Shown piece by piece: positions 45,501-58,371 of a stretch of DNA of 64,000 nt. The DNA is from Chiloscyllium plagiosum (taxonomy: Eukaryota): assembly GCF_004010195.1 (NCBI RefSeq), contig NC_057753.1, positions 8,641,182 to 8,705,181 on the forward strand. The letters are read 5' to 3'. Under the pieces are notes generated by a model. The model saw only the letters and a program-made list of their open reading frames with translations, was not told the DNA's origin and ran no database searches. Position numbers and translations under genes: made by a program. Position 1 is the stretch's first letter; each line of letters begins with the position of its first letter.

Positions 45501-48300
45501 AGCACTTGCTCCATATCCCTCTCAACCCTCACTGATCATACACCCATCCAGATGTCTTTTAAATGTGACAATTGTACTAGCCTCCACCATTTCCTCTGAC
45601 AGCTTGCATGAAAATGTTGCCCCTTACATTCCTTGCAAATCGTTTCCCTCTCATCCTAAACCTTTGAGCTTTAGTTCTAGACTCGCCAAAGTCATGGAAA
45701 AGACCTTGTCTATTTACCCTACCCATACCCTCATAATTTTATAAATCTCTATAATGTCACCTCTCAGCTTCCTATGCTCCAAGAAAAATATCTGCAGCCT
45801 GCCCCTACAGATCAAACCCTCCAACGCTGATAAACATCTTTGCAAATTTCTTCTGAATCCTTTCAAGTTTCACAACATCTTTCCTGTGCAAAGGAGATAG
45901 CAATTGCACACAATATTCCAAACGTCGAACCAATGTCATGTACAGCCGCAACATGACCTCCCAACTCCTACATTAGCGTGGATAGAGAACTGGTTAACCA
46001 ATAAGAAAGCAATACGTTGGGATAGATGAGTGTTTCTCTGGTTGGATATCAGTGGTGAGTGGGGTGATGTAGGGGTTAGTGTTGGGCCCGCAACTCTTCC
46101 TGATACATAAATAAATAATTTCGAAGAGGAGACTGAGTATAACGTATGAAAGTTTGCTGATGACACTAAATTGAGTGGAAAGGCAAAATTCACAGAGGAT
46201 GTGGAGGGTCTGCAAAGAGATTTAGACTGGTGAAGTGAGTGGACACTGGTTTCACACATGGAGTACAGTATTGTTAAATGTGAGGTAATCCACTTTGGAG
46301 GTAAAAATAATACGTCAGAGTAGTATTTAAATGGTGAAAGATTGCAGAGAGACTTAGGAGTTCTCATACGTGAATCTCTGAAACTAGATTTGCATGTGCA
46401 ACACGAAATCAGGAAGGCAAACGGAATATTAGCTTTAATTGCTAGAGGGGATGAATGCAAGAGCAGGAATGTTCGGTTGTTATTGTACAATATGTTGCTG
46501 AGGCCGCATCTGTAATATTGTGCTCAGTTCTGGTCTCCTTACTTGAGGGAGGATATACTGGCTTTGGAAGTGGTGCAGAGGAGCTTCACCAGGTTGTTTC
46601 GGAAATGAGGGAGTTACCCAATGAGGAGAGGTCGAGCCGTCTTGGACTGTACTCTCTTGAACTTAGAAGACTGAGAGAGGATATTATAGAAATATATAAA
46701 ACTATGAAAGAAATAGATAACATAGAGGCAGTCACGTTTTTTTTCCAGAGGTGGGTGAGACTCGAACAAGGGGACATGGCCTCAAGATTAGGGGGAGTAG
46801 ATAAAGGACAGTGATGAGGAGGAATTTCTTTTCCCAAAGAGTAGTGAATCTTTGGAATTCTTTCCCTGAGGACGAAGTAGAGACAGTTTCATTGAACATA
46901 TGTAAGACACAGTTGGATGGGTTTTGCATGGTTAATTAAGGGTTATGGCGATAATGCAGGTAGGAGGAGCTCAGACGATGGAAAGATTAACCATGATTTT
47001 AATGGATGGCGGAGTAGGGTCGATGAGTTAAATAGCTTACCCCTCCTTCTATTACTATGAAGCTATATTCAATACTCTCACTAGTAAAAGAAAGCATACC
47101 AAGTGGCTATTTTCCTATGACTCCACTGTCAAGGAAATACGAAACAGCAGTCTACGATTTCTTTGTTCTGCCACTCTCCCCAGTACCTTACCATAAGGTC
47201 TATAAGTCCTGGCCTGATTTACCTTTCCAAAATGCAGTAACTCACATTTATTTATATTACACTCCATCTGCCTCTCTTCGGCCCATTGACCAATTGATTA
47301 AGATGCCGTTGTAGTTTGAGGTAGCATTCGTCACTGTCCACCACACCTCCAATTCTGACATAATCTGTAAACTTACCAACTCCACCTCCTGTGTTCGCAT
47401 CCAAATCATTTATGTAAATGATGAAAAGCAATGGATGCAGCACCGATCCTTGTTATCCACTGATCACAGGCCGCCAGTCTGAAATGCAACCTCCACCACT
47501 ACCGTTTGTATTCTGCATTCGAGCCACTCCTGTAGCCAAATAGCTAGTTCTCCCTGTATTCCACGAGACCTAACCTTACCAACCAGTCTACCGTGACGAA
47601 CCTTTTCGAATGCTTTACTGGTGTTCATGCAACTCACGTCCACACTCTGTCTCTTTCCACCTGAGGATTTCTCTTTCCTTCAATTTCTATCCCTCACAGA
47701 TGTCGGAAGCCAAATCTCAAGTTATGAACCAACTCATAATCATCAGCCATTTCAGCAACTAATTGTACAGTTTTAACTCTCTACTGTTCTTCATGGCTCT
47801 TAGATAGTCATTTGTTTGATGTATTGTCAACGTTCTTTTAAGTCGACTCACCCCTCTAATCGCCAAACTCCGAATTTCGAACTCTCTCTCACTTTCTGCT
47901 TTCATTCTCTCTGTTTTCCTCTCTCAACTTCTCTGTTTTAGTTTCTTTCTCCTGCTAAGGCTCTCCTCTCATTTTCTTTGTCTTCTGCTTTTAATCGTAA
48001 TTCAAACTGTTTAATTTCCTTCTCTTTCTTTTTGTTCTGCTAAGATTATTATTTCCTCTTATTTTCCCTCTAATTCAAATTATGTCATTTCCAATTGAAC
48101 TGTAGCCATTGCCATAGATTCCAATACTGTACAATTGCCATAACTCCCTCCCCTTCCCTCAGAAAACCAGGCAAACCCAACTCCGGTTTGTTTACTAATT
48201 CCAAAAGCATTGCTTTGCTCACCTTTTGTAAAACTTCCGACAACACTTCTTCCATCCCCAGAAAACACCAACACTTCCTCTGGCACATTTTCCACATGCA
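42558..48300 (-). mobile_element. Decayed Gypsy LTR retrotransposon internal region, Gmr1-type order gag-IN-RT-RH, with gag split by CR1 insertions
   Basis: gag N-terminus at 48085-48297 (LLELVNKPELGLP) with coiled coil, zinc-knuckle remnant at about 45270-45310, integrase at about 43950-44700 (RVLIDCAEPLPKSK, HEVRGPLKLIKEK), RT at 43000-43725 (CVDY, YIDDLV, VMFLGYVIG). Confidence 0.8.
45400..47650. mobile_element. Nested CR1 fragments (minus-strand copy interrupted by a plus-strand copy at about 45971-47060)
   Basis: Tail agaatcatagagtcataaaga at about 45400. FADDTK and CR1 C-terminal motifs on both strands. Confidence 0.8.
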
Positions 48301-48574
48301 TGCTGACCTGTATGGGAAAAAAAGTTACCTCTTAAGTTCCTTTTAATTTGTACCACTCTCAGTTCAATACTATGCAATCGAAAGTGGACTCCTTCACACA
48401 GACGCTGAAGGAGTGTATTCACCCTATCCATGCCTCTCATGATTTTATAAAACTCTGTAAGGTTATCCCTAAGCCTCCTGTGCACCAAGGAATATAGCCC
48501 GAATCTATTGAATCTCTCTATATAGCTCAAAGTCTCCATCCCTGGTAACATCTTGTAAACAGACTCACTGAGTT

Positions 48575-49080
48575 AGTCTTGTGTAGGCGTTGGAGGTGGC
48601 CCAGAATGGATATGTCCTCAGGAGAGTGGGAGGGGAATCGAAGTGGATTGCACAAGAAGATGGTACAAACCCACAAATTGTTGGAAGAACATCTCATCTT
48701 CCACCTGGGGAGTTTACAATAACATGGCATGTGCATTGAATTCACTATTTTCCAAAGCTCCCCTCCCATCCAACTCAATACCAGATTCAGATCTCCGACT
48801 AAGATCCGCCGTCTTAACGTAACCTGATTGTCTATCTTCGTTCCAACCTATCCACTCCACACTTCCCATCGACCTATCACCATCACTTCCTACGTTCGCC
48901 CACCTAATGCCATTCCACTTAGCATTTCCCTAGTCACACCCCTTCCCCATTTATCTCTCAGCTCACTTTCCCTCTCCTGTACTAAGGAAGGGTTATGCCC
49001 CATACGTCGTCTCTCTTGCTCTGCAGATGCTACCTGACTTATTGTGCTTTTTACCAGTGTCACGCTTAATCAACTCCAAA
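48575..49080. mobile_element. Degenerate Penelope-like (Neptune-type) terminal fragment
   Basis: EEHLIFHLGSLQ followed by pyrimidine-rich repeat similar to 62030-62470. Decayed hammerhead gaagggttatgccccatacgtc at about 48987-49008. Confidence 0.6.
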
Positions 49081-49729
49081 GTGCTTGTAATTTCTTTTCT
49101 GGATCCTTTAAAGTTTCAAACATCTTTACTATATCAGAAAGACCAGGAATGCATGCAGTATTCCAAACGTGACCAAACCAATGGCCCATACAGCCGCAAC
49201 ATGATCTCCCAGCTCCTATGTTTAGAACACTGATGAATAACGGCAAACATACCAAACGCTTTCTTCAATATCGTGTCTATATCAGACTCTGCTTTCAAGG
49301 AACTATGAAACTGCACTCCAAGATCTCTTTGGTTAGCAACACTCCCCAGGACTTTACCATTAAGTGCACACGCTTCGCCCTGATTTGCAACTCACATTTA
49401 TCTAAATTATATTCGATCTGCGACGCCCCAGCTATTGGCCCATCTGATCAAGATCATATTGTACTCTGAAGTAACCTTCTTCACTTTTTATTACAAAAAG
49501 ATGTGGACGCTTTGGAGAGGGTGCAGAGAAGGTTTACGAAGATGTTGCCTGGTATGGAATGTGCTAGCTATGAAGAGAGGTTGAGTAGGTTATGTTCGTT
49601 TTCATTAGAAAAAAGGAGATCGAGGAGTGTCTGATTGAGATGTCATCTGGATACTTCGTAACAATGCTTCCTATAATTGCATCAAAAGTCTTTATATAAG
49701 TTAAGATAAGCAGTGGATGCAGCACTGAT

Positions 49730-51730
49730 CAAAGAACAAAGAAAGTTTACAGTCCAAGAACAGGCACCTCGGCCCTTCAAGCCTGAGCCGATCCAAATCT
49801 ACTGTCGAAATCTGCCGCTCAATTCTTAAGCATCTGTATCCCCCTGCTCCCCACTGACTCGTGCATCTGCCCAGACGCAGCTTAAAAGAATCCACACCTC
49901 TGCTAGCAACGCGTTCCAAGCACCCACCATCGTCTGTGTGAAGCATTTGCCGCGTGTATCCCCCTTAAACGTTTAACCTCTCACCTTGAAAGCGTGACTT
50001 CACGTTATTGAATCCTTCACCCTGGGAGAAAGCTTATGTCTGTCTACCCTGTCTATACCCCCTTCGTGGTTTTGTAAACCTCAATCAGGTCCCCCTCAGT
50101 CTCTTGAAAACAAGCCTAACCTGCTCAAGCTCTCTCCACAGCTAGCACCTTCCATACAAGGCAATATCTTTGTCAACTTTCTTTGCACCCTCTCCAAAGC
50201 GTCCATATCCTTTTGGTAATGTTGCGACCAGAACTGTACACAGTATTCTAAGTGCAGCCGAACTACTGCCTCGTACAATGTTAACATGGCTTGACAGCTC
50301 TTATACTCAATAGCTCGTCCAATGAAGGCAAACATACCATATGCCTTCTTGACCACTCTATCTATCTGTGCAGCAAACTTCAGGGTACAATGGACCTGCA
50401 TTCCCAGATCTCTCTGCTCATCAACTTTTCCCAAGGCTCTTCCGTTCATTGTATAATTCGCTCGAGAATTAGACTTGCCTAAATGCATCATCTCACATTT
50501 GTCTGGATTGAACTCCATCTGACGCTTTTCCGCCCAATTCTCCAGTCTATCTATATTCTTCTGTATTCTTTTACAGTCCCTTATGCTTTCTGCTACTCCA
50601 CCAATCTTCGTGTCATCTACAAACTTGCTGATCATACCAACAGTGCCCACATCCAGATCATTTATGTATATCACAAACAACAGTGGAGAAAGTGAGGTCT
50701 GCAGATGCTGGAGATCAGAGCTGAAAATGTGTTGCTGGAGAAGCGCAGCAGGTCAGGCAGCATCCAGGGAAGGGCTTCAGGAAGGGCTTATGCCCGAAAC
50801 GTCGATTCTCCTGTTTCCCTGGATGCTGCCTGACCTGCTGCGCTTCTCCAGCAACACATTTTCAGCACAAACAACAGTAGCCCAACACTGACCCCTGTGG
50901 AACACCACTGGTCATCCTTTCTACATTTCGAGAAACGTCTTTCAGCTACTACTCTCTGTCTCCTGTTGCTCAACCAGTTCTTTATCCAACCAGCTGAAAC
51001 ACCCTGCATACCATGTGACTTCATTTTCTCTGTTAGTTTACCACGGGGAACCTTATTAAATGCCTTACTAAAGTCCATGCATATGGCATCAACAGCCCTG
51101 CTTTCATCTATCACCTTGGTCACTTCTTTAAAGAACTCTATTAAGTTGTTAAGGCACGATCTCCCACGCACAAAACCATGTTGCCAATCACAGATAAGCC
51201 GATTCCTTTCAGTGTGTCACCCTACTAGTCACAGGCTCAAGTCTGACAAGCAACACTCTACCAACATCCCGTCTTCCACCTTCGAGCCAATTTTGTATTC
51301 ATTTGACTAGTTCTCTTTGTGTTCTATGTGATCTAACCTCCCTACCAAATTTACCATGAGGAATCTTGTCAAACACCTTACTGAATTCCATTTCGTTCAA
51401 ATCTCCGGCTCTGAACTCGTCAAACCACTTTGCTACTTCTCAAAATTTGTCAGACACGACTTCCCACGCAGAAGGTCATGTTGACTATTTCTAATAAGTC
51501 CCTGCCTTTCCAAATCACATAACTCCTGTCGCTTTGGATTCCTTTTAACAACTTGCCCACCACTGATGTCAAGCTAATTAGTCTGTAGTTTCATGGGTTT
51601 TCCTCATCACTTTTCTTAAGTAGCGGTACGACATTAGCCAACATGTGGTCTTCCTACATTTCACCTGCGGCTATCAATAAAAGAAATATCACAGCAAGGG
51701 GCCCAAAATCGCTTCGTCAACTTCCCACAG
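49730..51730 (-). mobile_element. CR1 RT region and 3' end, with a fold-back insertion
   Basis: ORFs 50096..50680 (FVIYINDLD, KFVDDTK, HLEYCVQFWS) and 50788..51171 (MDFSKAFNKV). Tail aaagaacaaagaaag at about 49730. Confidence 0.88.
50685..50866. mobile_element. Penelope-derived hairpin insertion (perfect 52-bp inverted repeat) with 13-bp TSD
   Basis: Arms at 50720-50771 and 50815-50866. The loop contains GGGCTTATGCCC GAAAC GTC. cacaaacaacagt at 50672-50684 and 50866-50878. Confidence 0.88.
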
Positions 51731-52204
51731 TAGAATATTAAAGTGCAGAAACAGATTACTAGTGTAATGTGTATTCACTCATCCAAAAAGTCATCCATCA
51801 GACTTATCCGCCTTTCCAGAATTTGTTCAGCAGAATTGTAGTTTCGTGCATTTGATGTATGTATATGTGTGTGTAAGCGATTTTGCCTCTGGTAGCCCTT
51901 CCAGCAGGGAGTTCAAGGGAATCCTCTCCCCCTTTGCACTAACGTTTCTAGACTACCGTCTTAAAATCCCTTTATTACCATACTCCCCCGTATCAGATCA
52001 TGAAGCTATGGTAGTCAGGCCTTTCCCATCTACAATATCAAGGCAGATCAATCTTTTGTGCATTTTAATTAATACACCCTTTCTCTGTCCTCTTCCAAGG
52101 GCAACGAGCCAACATGTCTAAATTTTGATCACAACTGTATTTTTCAGGTGTGAAAATGTGCGTATACTTCAACTAGAGGAAACGTCATTCTGCAAATTGT
52201 ATTG

Positions 52205-53010
52205 GTAAATAAGCCAGCCTTGGAATCCTCAACGCTTCCTCTCAGTGTTGTTCAATACCGAGAAGTACCAATTCATATGCTGAGCGAAGATGGCACATGG
52301 TAATCAGCAGGGCGTTTCCTTGACGATGTTGAACCTGAAACCACGAGATGTCATGAAGTCCAGAATCAATGTTGCGGTCTCTAAAGGCAGGTCCCACTTG
52401 TTTGTATAGCACTGTGATGCCTTCTCTGTTTTGCAGGTGGCATAGGTCATATCCAGGAATAGTGATGGCGGTATCTGGGCCATTGTTTGTAAGGGATAAT
52501 TCGGTGAATATGATTGTGTCAGGCTGTTGATTGCCTGGCCTATAGGATGGCTGCATCAATTCCTGGAACTCGTCCCCAGAGGTTTTTAAGGTGAACTTTG
52601 CATCGTCGAAAGGGCTGTTTCTGCCATTTGCATGTTACGTTGCTTAGGTCGACACCAACTTTCTTTAAGACTTTGTAGCGTTTGATACAACTGATTGGCT
52701 TGCTAGACAATGTTAGGAGGCAATTGAGAGTCTAACCCCTGCTGCTTGTTTTGTGTCACATATAGACCAATTCAGGTCAGGAGGTTTACTTTCCTTCCCT
52801 GAAAGACATTAATGATCCAGATGTCTTTCTTTTTTCCAAAATCGACAAAGAATTTACAGTCATCAGTAAGTTCGTGATGGCAGCTTTTAAAACAAAATCA
52901 TTGAAGTAAAATTCGACGATCAGGCCGTGATCAGATTCCAACCCGGGTCGCCAGAGCATTACCTGAGTTTCCTGATTAATAGTCTAGGGATAATACTGCT
53001 AAGGCAGCGG
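52205..53010 (-). mobile_element. 5' end of a different (non-canonical CR1/L2-like) LINE: tRNA-like head followed by APE endonuclease
   Basis: ORF 52242..52559 QQPDTIIFTELSL..ITIPGY..ISWFQV resembles an APE N-terminus. B-box-like GGGTTGGAATC on the minus strand at 52944-52934. Confidence 0.6.
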
Positions 53011-53766
53011 GTGAAAATACATGCTGCAAATTCAGGTGGGTAAAAACATAGGGGGCATAAACAAAATACTTACAGAAAGCGAAAGAGTTTGGGAGAATCG
53101 GAGGGTGAGAACAATGAGAGACTGGGAAACAGTGAGAGAGAATCCGAGTCTCAGAAACAATGGAGAGAAGTGGGGAGAAGGATGCATTAGGAAACAAAGG
53201 GACAAAATGAAATTAAGGCACAGAAATTGAGAAGCAATAAGTGATACACTGGGAAACAAAGACGGAGAAACAAAGGGACAAAGTGAAATTAAGGCGCAGA
53301 GACTGAGAAGAAATGGGTGAAAAAGACACCGAGGAACAGCATGTGAGAGAAGTGGGAGAAACTTTGTAGGCGAAACAGGAACAAAGATGCAGAAACAGAG
53401 ACTGAGGAGTGAAAAACAGGCTGATACAGAGGTCATGAGGAACAGATGCGAAGAACAGAGATGGAGAATTGGAGACAATGAAAGCAAACTGAGAAAAACA
53501 GTGAGAGGAACAGAGGAGAAAAACAAAGAGAAAAAGCACAAGGGAGGAAAGACGTGTTGGGAAACATTGAATAAAAACAGAGGTACAGAACAGAGTCTGA
53601 GAAACAGGGGGTAGAAAAAGAAGGGGAGAATGAGAGACTGAGAAACGGTGCGAATGGCAGACAGAAAGTATCAGAGAGGGAGAAACAGACTCAGGAAGAG
53701 GTGGGAAGAAAACGAAATGGAGAATCAATAGAGCGGAATCAAAAGGGAAAGAAAGGAGAAAGATAT

Positions 53767-54836
53767 TAGAACATAGAACATAGAAAACTACAGCACAGGA
53801 CAGGCTCTTCGTCCCAAGATGTTGTGCTGAGGTTTATTCCGATTCTAAAATACAGTAGACTGACCTCCGCACCCCTGTATTCACTTCTGTCCATGTGCAT
53901 GTCCGGCCGTCGCTTAAAGGGCCTTAATGACTCTGCTTCCACCACCACTGCTAGCAATGTATCCCATGCATTCACAACTCTCTGTGTAAAGAACCTACCT
54001 CCGATGACTCCCCTCCAGCTTCTTCCTAACAGATTTAAAGCTGTGACACCTCGTGCCAGACAATCCTGCCCTGGCGAAAGTCTCTGACTACCGACTCTAT
54101 CCATGCCTCTCTTTGCCTTATATACCTAGATCAGATCACCTCTCTTCCTCCTTCTCTCCAGAGAGATAGGTCCGAGCTTAGTTAACCTCTCTTCGTAAGA
54201 CAAGCCTTCCAGTCCAGGCAGCATCCTGGTAAACCTTCTTTGCATCCTCTTCAAAGCCTCAGTACCTTTCCAATAATTTGAACCTGTTTGATTAGATTAG
54301 ATTCCCTATTGTGTGGAAACTGGCCTTTCGGCCTAACAAGTCCACGCTGACCCTCCGAAGAGCAACCCACCCGGACCCATTCCTCTAAATCCACCCCCGA
54401 CTAATGCACCTAACACAATGGGCAATTTACCATGGCCAATTCACCTAACCTGCACATCTTTGTGACTGTGGGAAGAAACCGGGGCACCCGGAGGAAACCC
54501 ACACAGACACTGGGAGAATGTACAAACTCCACACAGACAGTTGCCCGAGGCAGGAATTAAACCCAGGTCCATGGCGCTGTGAGGCAGCAGTGCTAACTAC
54601 TGAGCCACCGTGTCGCCCCTTATTAGGCGACCAGAACTGGATATAATATTCCAATGTGGTCTCACCAGGGTTTTGTCGAGCTGCAGCAAACCTTGAGGTT
54701 CTTAGCTCGATCCTTCTGTTAATGAAAGCCAAAGCACCATATGCTTTCTGAACAACCCTATCCACTTGGGGTGGCATCTTTGAGGGATCCATGCATTTGA
54801 ACATCTAGATCCTGCTGTTCCTCCACACGGCCAAGG
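53767..54836 (-). mobile_element. 5'-truncated CR1 with (CATAGAA)n tail, interrupted by a SINE
   Basis: ORF 53766..54104 (FFTQRVVNAW) and ORF 54445..54804 (QVDRVVQKAYG, LEYYIQFWSP). Confidence 0.88.
54288..54619 (-). mobile_element. tRNA-derived HE1/V-SINE-type SINE
   Basis: Same structure as the 9193 and 39116 copies, with a (TCTAA)n tail. Confidence 0.88.
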
Positions 54837-55174
54837 TTGAGAAACAAAGGGTGAAATCGGGCTGAGTGAATTAGAGATTGACAAAAAGAGAGTAAGAGAG
54901 AGAACGGAAAATAGGTACTGATGAACAATGGGGAAAAGGAACACAGGGATGGCACAGGCGGAGAAAGAGAAGAAACAGTGTTCGAAACGCAGACACTGAG
55001 AAATAGTAGACGAGAATCAGAGAGATACACAGGGTTTGATTTACAGGAAGGTAGAAACACAGAAAGGAGATTGAGAACTATTGCATGCAAAACAGAGTGG
55101 GAGAAACTAAAGTGGAGACACAGGATCTGAGAACCAGATGGGGCAAAACAGAGGGCGTGAAACAGAGACAGTGA

Positions 55175-56180
55175 TAGCAAGTTTTGAGAAGATTTGTAGC
55201 TATGGTTGAGGTTGTGGACATTTTGAATGTTCGTTTTCAAATGTTTCATCACCATACTAGATAACATCTTCAGCGAGCCTCCGGACGAAGCACTGCTGGT
55301 GTTTCCTGCTTTATATGTTTGGGTTTCCCTGGGTTGGTGATGTCATTTCCTCGTGGTGACATAATTTCCTATGGTGATGCCATTTCCTGTTAATTTTTTT
55401 CACGGGTTGGTAAATGGGGTCCAAGTCAATGTGTTTTTTACAGAGTCCCGTTTGGAATGCCATGCTTCTAGGAATTCTCGTGCGCGTCTCTGTTTGGCTT
55501 GCCCTCGATTGGGTGTGTTGTCACAGTCGAAGTGGTGTCCTTCTTTATCAGTATGTAAGGATACTAGTGCGAGGGGGTTGTGTCGTTTTGTTGTTAGTCG
55601 ATTTTCATGTATCCTAGTGGCTGGTTTTGTGCCTGTTTGTCCAATGTAGTGCTTGTTACAGTTATTGCACGGTATTTTGTAAATGATATTAGTTTTGCTT
55701 GTTATCTGTATAGGATGTTTTAAGTCCATTAGCTGCTGTTTTAGTGCGTTCGTGTGTTTGTGGGCTACCATGATGCGAAGGGGCCTGAGTAGTCTGGCAG
55801 TCATTCCCAAGATGTCTTTGATGTGGGGGAGAGTGGTTAGGTTTTTGAACGCATTTTGTCTGCTTGCTTGGTTTTATTGCTGAGACATCAGTGGACTTTG
55901 TTCATTGGGTACCTATTCTTTTTGAATACACTGTATCGGTGATTTTCCTCTGCTCTGCGTAGTTCCTCTTTGCTGCAGTGTGTGGTGGCTCGTTGAAATA
56001 ATGATCTGATGCAGCTTCGTTTGTGGATGTTGAAATGATTGCTTCTGTAGTTCAAAATTTGGTCCATATGTGTTGTTTTCCTGTAAGTGCTGGTTTGAAG
56101 ATCCCCATGGGCTGTTCGCTCTACAGTGTCATCTAGGAATGGCAGTTTGATGTTGTTTTCCTCCTCTTTAGATAGAGTGC
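55175..56180 (-). mobile_element. Penelope-like 3' fragment (RT thumb, GIY-YIG, terminal repeat with hammerhead)
   Basis: ORFs 55888..56235 (KLPFLD..YRKTTH) and 55400..55810 (NIIYKIPCNNCNKHYIGQTG). CTGAAGA T GTTATC TAGTAT GGTGAT GAAAC ATT on the minus strand at 55273-55240. Confidence 0.88.
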
Positions 56181-58371
56181 TATCGGGGCGGAAGTCAGGC
56201 ATTGATAAACTGAGGGAGAGAACCCGAGATCGCACACAAAGGGAAGAAAAGTCGTGAAACAGAGACTGAAAAAGGAAGGTCGAGAAATGGAAGGGAGAAA
56301 GAGAAAGTGCGAAACAGTGATGAAGAAAGTCGAGGGGAAATAGCGACGGGGAGAAACAGATTGGGGAGTCAAAGAGGGGAGGAAACTAAGAGAAGAATCA
56401 GAGACTGAGAAACGGAGTACAAAAAACAGAGGGGAAGAATCAGACATGGACCATCAGACCGGGAGAAACTGAAGGGCGAAACAGGGACGACGGAACAAAG
56501 GGGAATAAACAAAGCGTGATAAAGAGTGGGTGGTACAATGAGGAAGAGAAGTGGAGACAGAGAAACAAACGCTGAAATTGAAAAAAGTCCTGAGAAACAG
56601 TGACAGAAACAGACTGCGAAACCGAAAGGAGAAACAAAGTGGCGTGATACATACTGAGAAACAATGGTGAGGAACAAATGTGGGGGAAACAGAAGTGCAG
56701 AGACAGAGGCTGAGAAGATGAAACTTACAAGCAGAAACCAAGATACGGAGATGCAGAATCGGAGATGGTGCAACAGGAGGAGATTAAACAGAAATTGAGC
56801 ATCAAGGCTGAGAAACACAGGAGGCGAAATACTGGGGAGAAATGGATGTTCAGCAACGGAAGGGGGAACTGAGGAGGAGAAACTGATGGGGGATCCAGAG
56901 AATGCTAAATCGTGAAGCTGAAACAGAGGGATAAAAACGTCAGAGGATAAAGAAGAGAGAGTGAGAAATTCAGGTGTCCTAACAATGGGTTAAAAACAGA
57001 TGGGGTGAATAAGAAAAGGAACAAAAGAGGAACACGCTATGAAACAGAGAGGGAGAACATAGAACATAGAACATAGAAGAATACAGCGCAGTACAGGCCC
57101 TTGCCATGTTCCTCACCTCCCTACACTCCAGGCCCTGCACCCTGAAGCTACAATCTGAGAAGTCGAGACTCAGAAACAGATACTGAGAAAAGAGGACTGA
57201 GAAACTGAGAGAAAAGACGGGGAGTAACGGGGGAAAACAAAGGTTGAGACACAGATATTGAGAAACAAAGAGGGAGAAAGAGTAAGGGAAACACGGGGGA
57301 GAAACGGGGATTGTAAGAGTGACTGAGAAAGAGAGACTTATTTTAATTTATGATATCACTGCTATCTTATTGATTCAAATGGCAGCGTGTTCTTTCCCCT
57401 GAACTGTTTGGTGGTCTATATTCCTTCATTTTATCTGCCATGGTGATGATATTCAGCAGTATATTAAGTTTTTAGCCTTCACTGAGTCACTCAGAAGCTC
57501 CATTGTGTAAATGAAGTCGAGGTAATGTATTTTGACAGTGATTGAGTTACTGTTTGGGGAAGTTTGGGGAGGTAAAGTTGCTCAGACTCCGTCAGTGACC
57601 ACAGGGTGAAAAGGTCTGCATGGATTTCATCAAGATGCTTTGGTTTGCGCTTTTGTCCACATTTTAGACGAACCAGAAGCCTGTTTCTTTTTATCAATTT
57701 ATCTCACTGGACAACCTGGAATTGTATTTTCTTCTGTGAAATAAGGAAGAAGAATTCAAAGCCACCACCTAGACGTTATTGGGAAGTCTATCTAATTTCA
57801 AAATGAAAACGGCCAAGGTTTTATCCTAACTGCCAGAGCAGAAACAGAAAAAAGTGGTTTTCCAAAATTTGACAGAATGTTTTTATATCAACCTCCATTT
57901 ACGTAACATCTCAAATTAATTTATCAGAGTCACTATTTCCTTCTAATGACAATTGGCGAGTTATTCTGGCCCTTACTGTTGCTGGTGAAGTACAACTTGC
58001 CTGATCGTCTGATCCTTACCATGCACAATTAATTAGAACAAAATGTAAATGAACAACATAATGTCTCCAGAAATTAGGATAACATAGTTGTTGATGTTTT
58101 AGCCAGTTTACGCATGAGAATTGAGGGTAGTAGTAAGAACTGAGCATGGATGATTCTGGGCGAGGTCAGCTCCACTCACTGCAAATGACATGTTATTGCA
58201 CAGGACCTGATACACTGATACACCTGATACACAAAGAGTGACAATGTGGTACATTTTGAAACTAATGAAAAAGGCAGGAAGAGAGATGAAATTCTGAAAA
58301 AGGAATGTATGTAACTAGGTGGGAATTTGAAAATCGGGACATCTAGTGTTGTAATGTTGGGATTACTACGA

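Larger units (their letters stand above)
53040..57335 (+). repeat. Purine-rich (GA/GAAACA) low-complexity tract, interrupted by CR1, SINE and Penelope insertions
   Basis: Dense gagaaaca/gagactgagaaac units and strong A+G skew on the plus strand. Imperfect about 43-bp duplication at 53191 and 53267. Confidence 0.75.

Noticed and set aside
53032..56818. Hydrophobic F/L/S-rich minus-strand ORFs as membrane proteins
   Set aside because: Compositional artefact of the pyrimidine-rich strand of the low-complexity tract. The frames overlap and there are no motifs.
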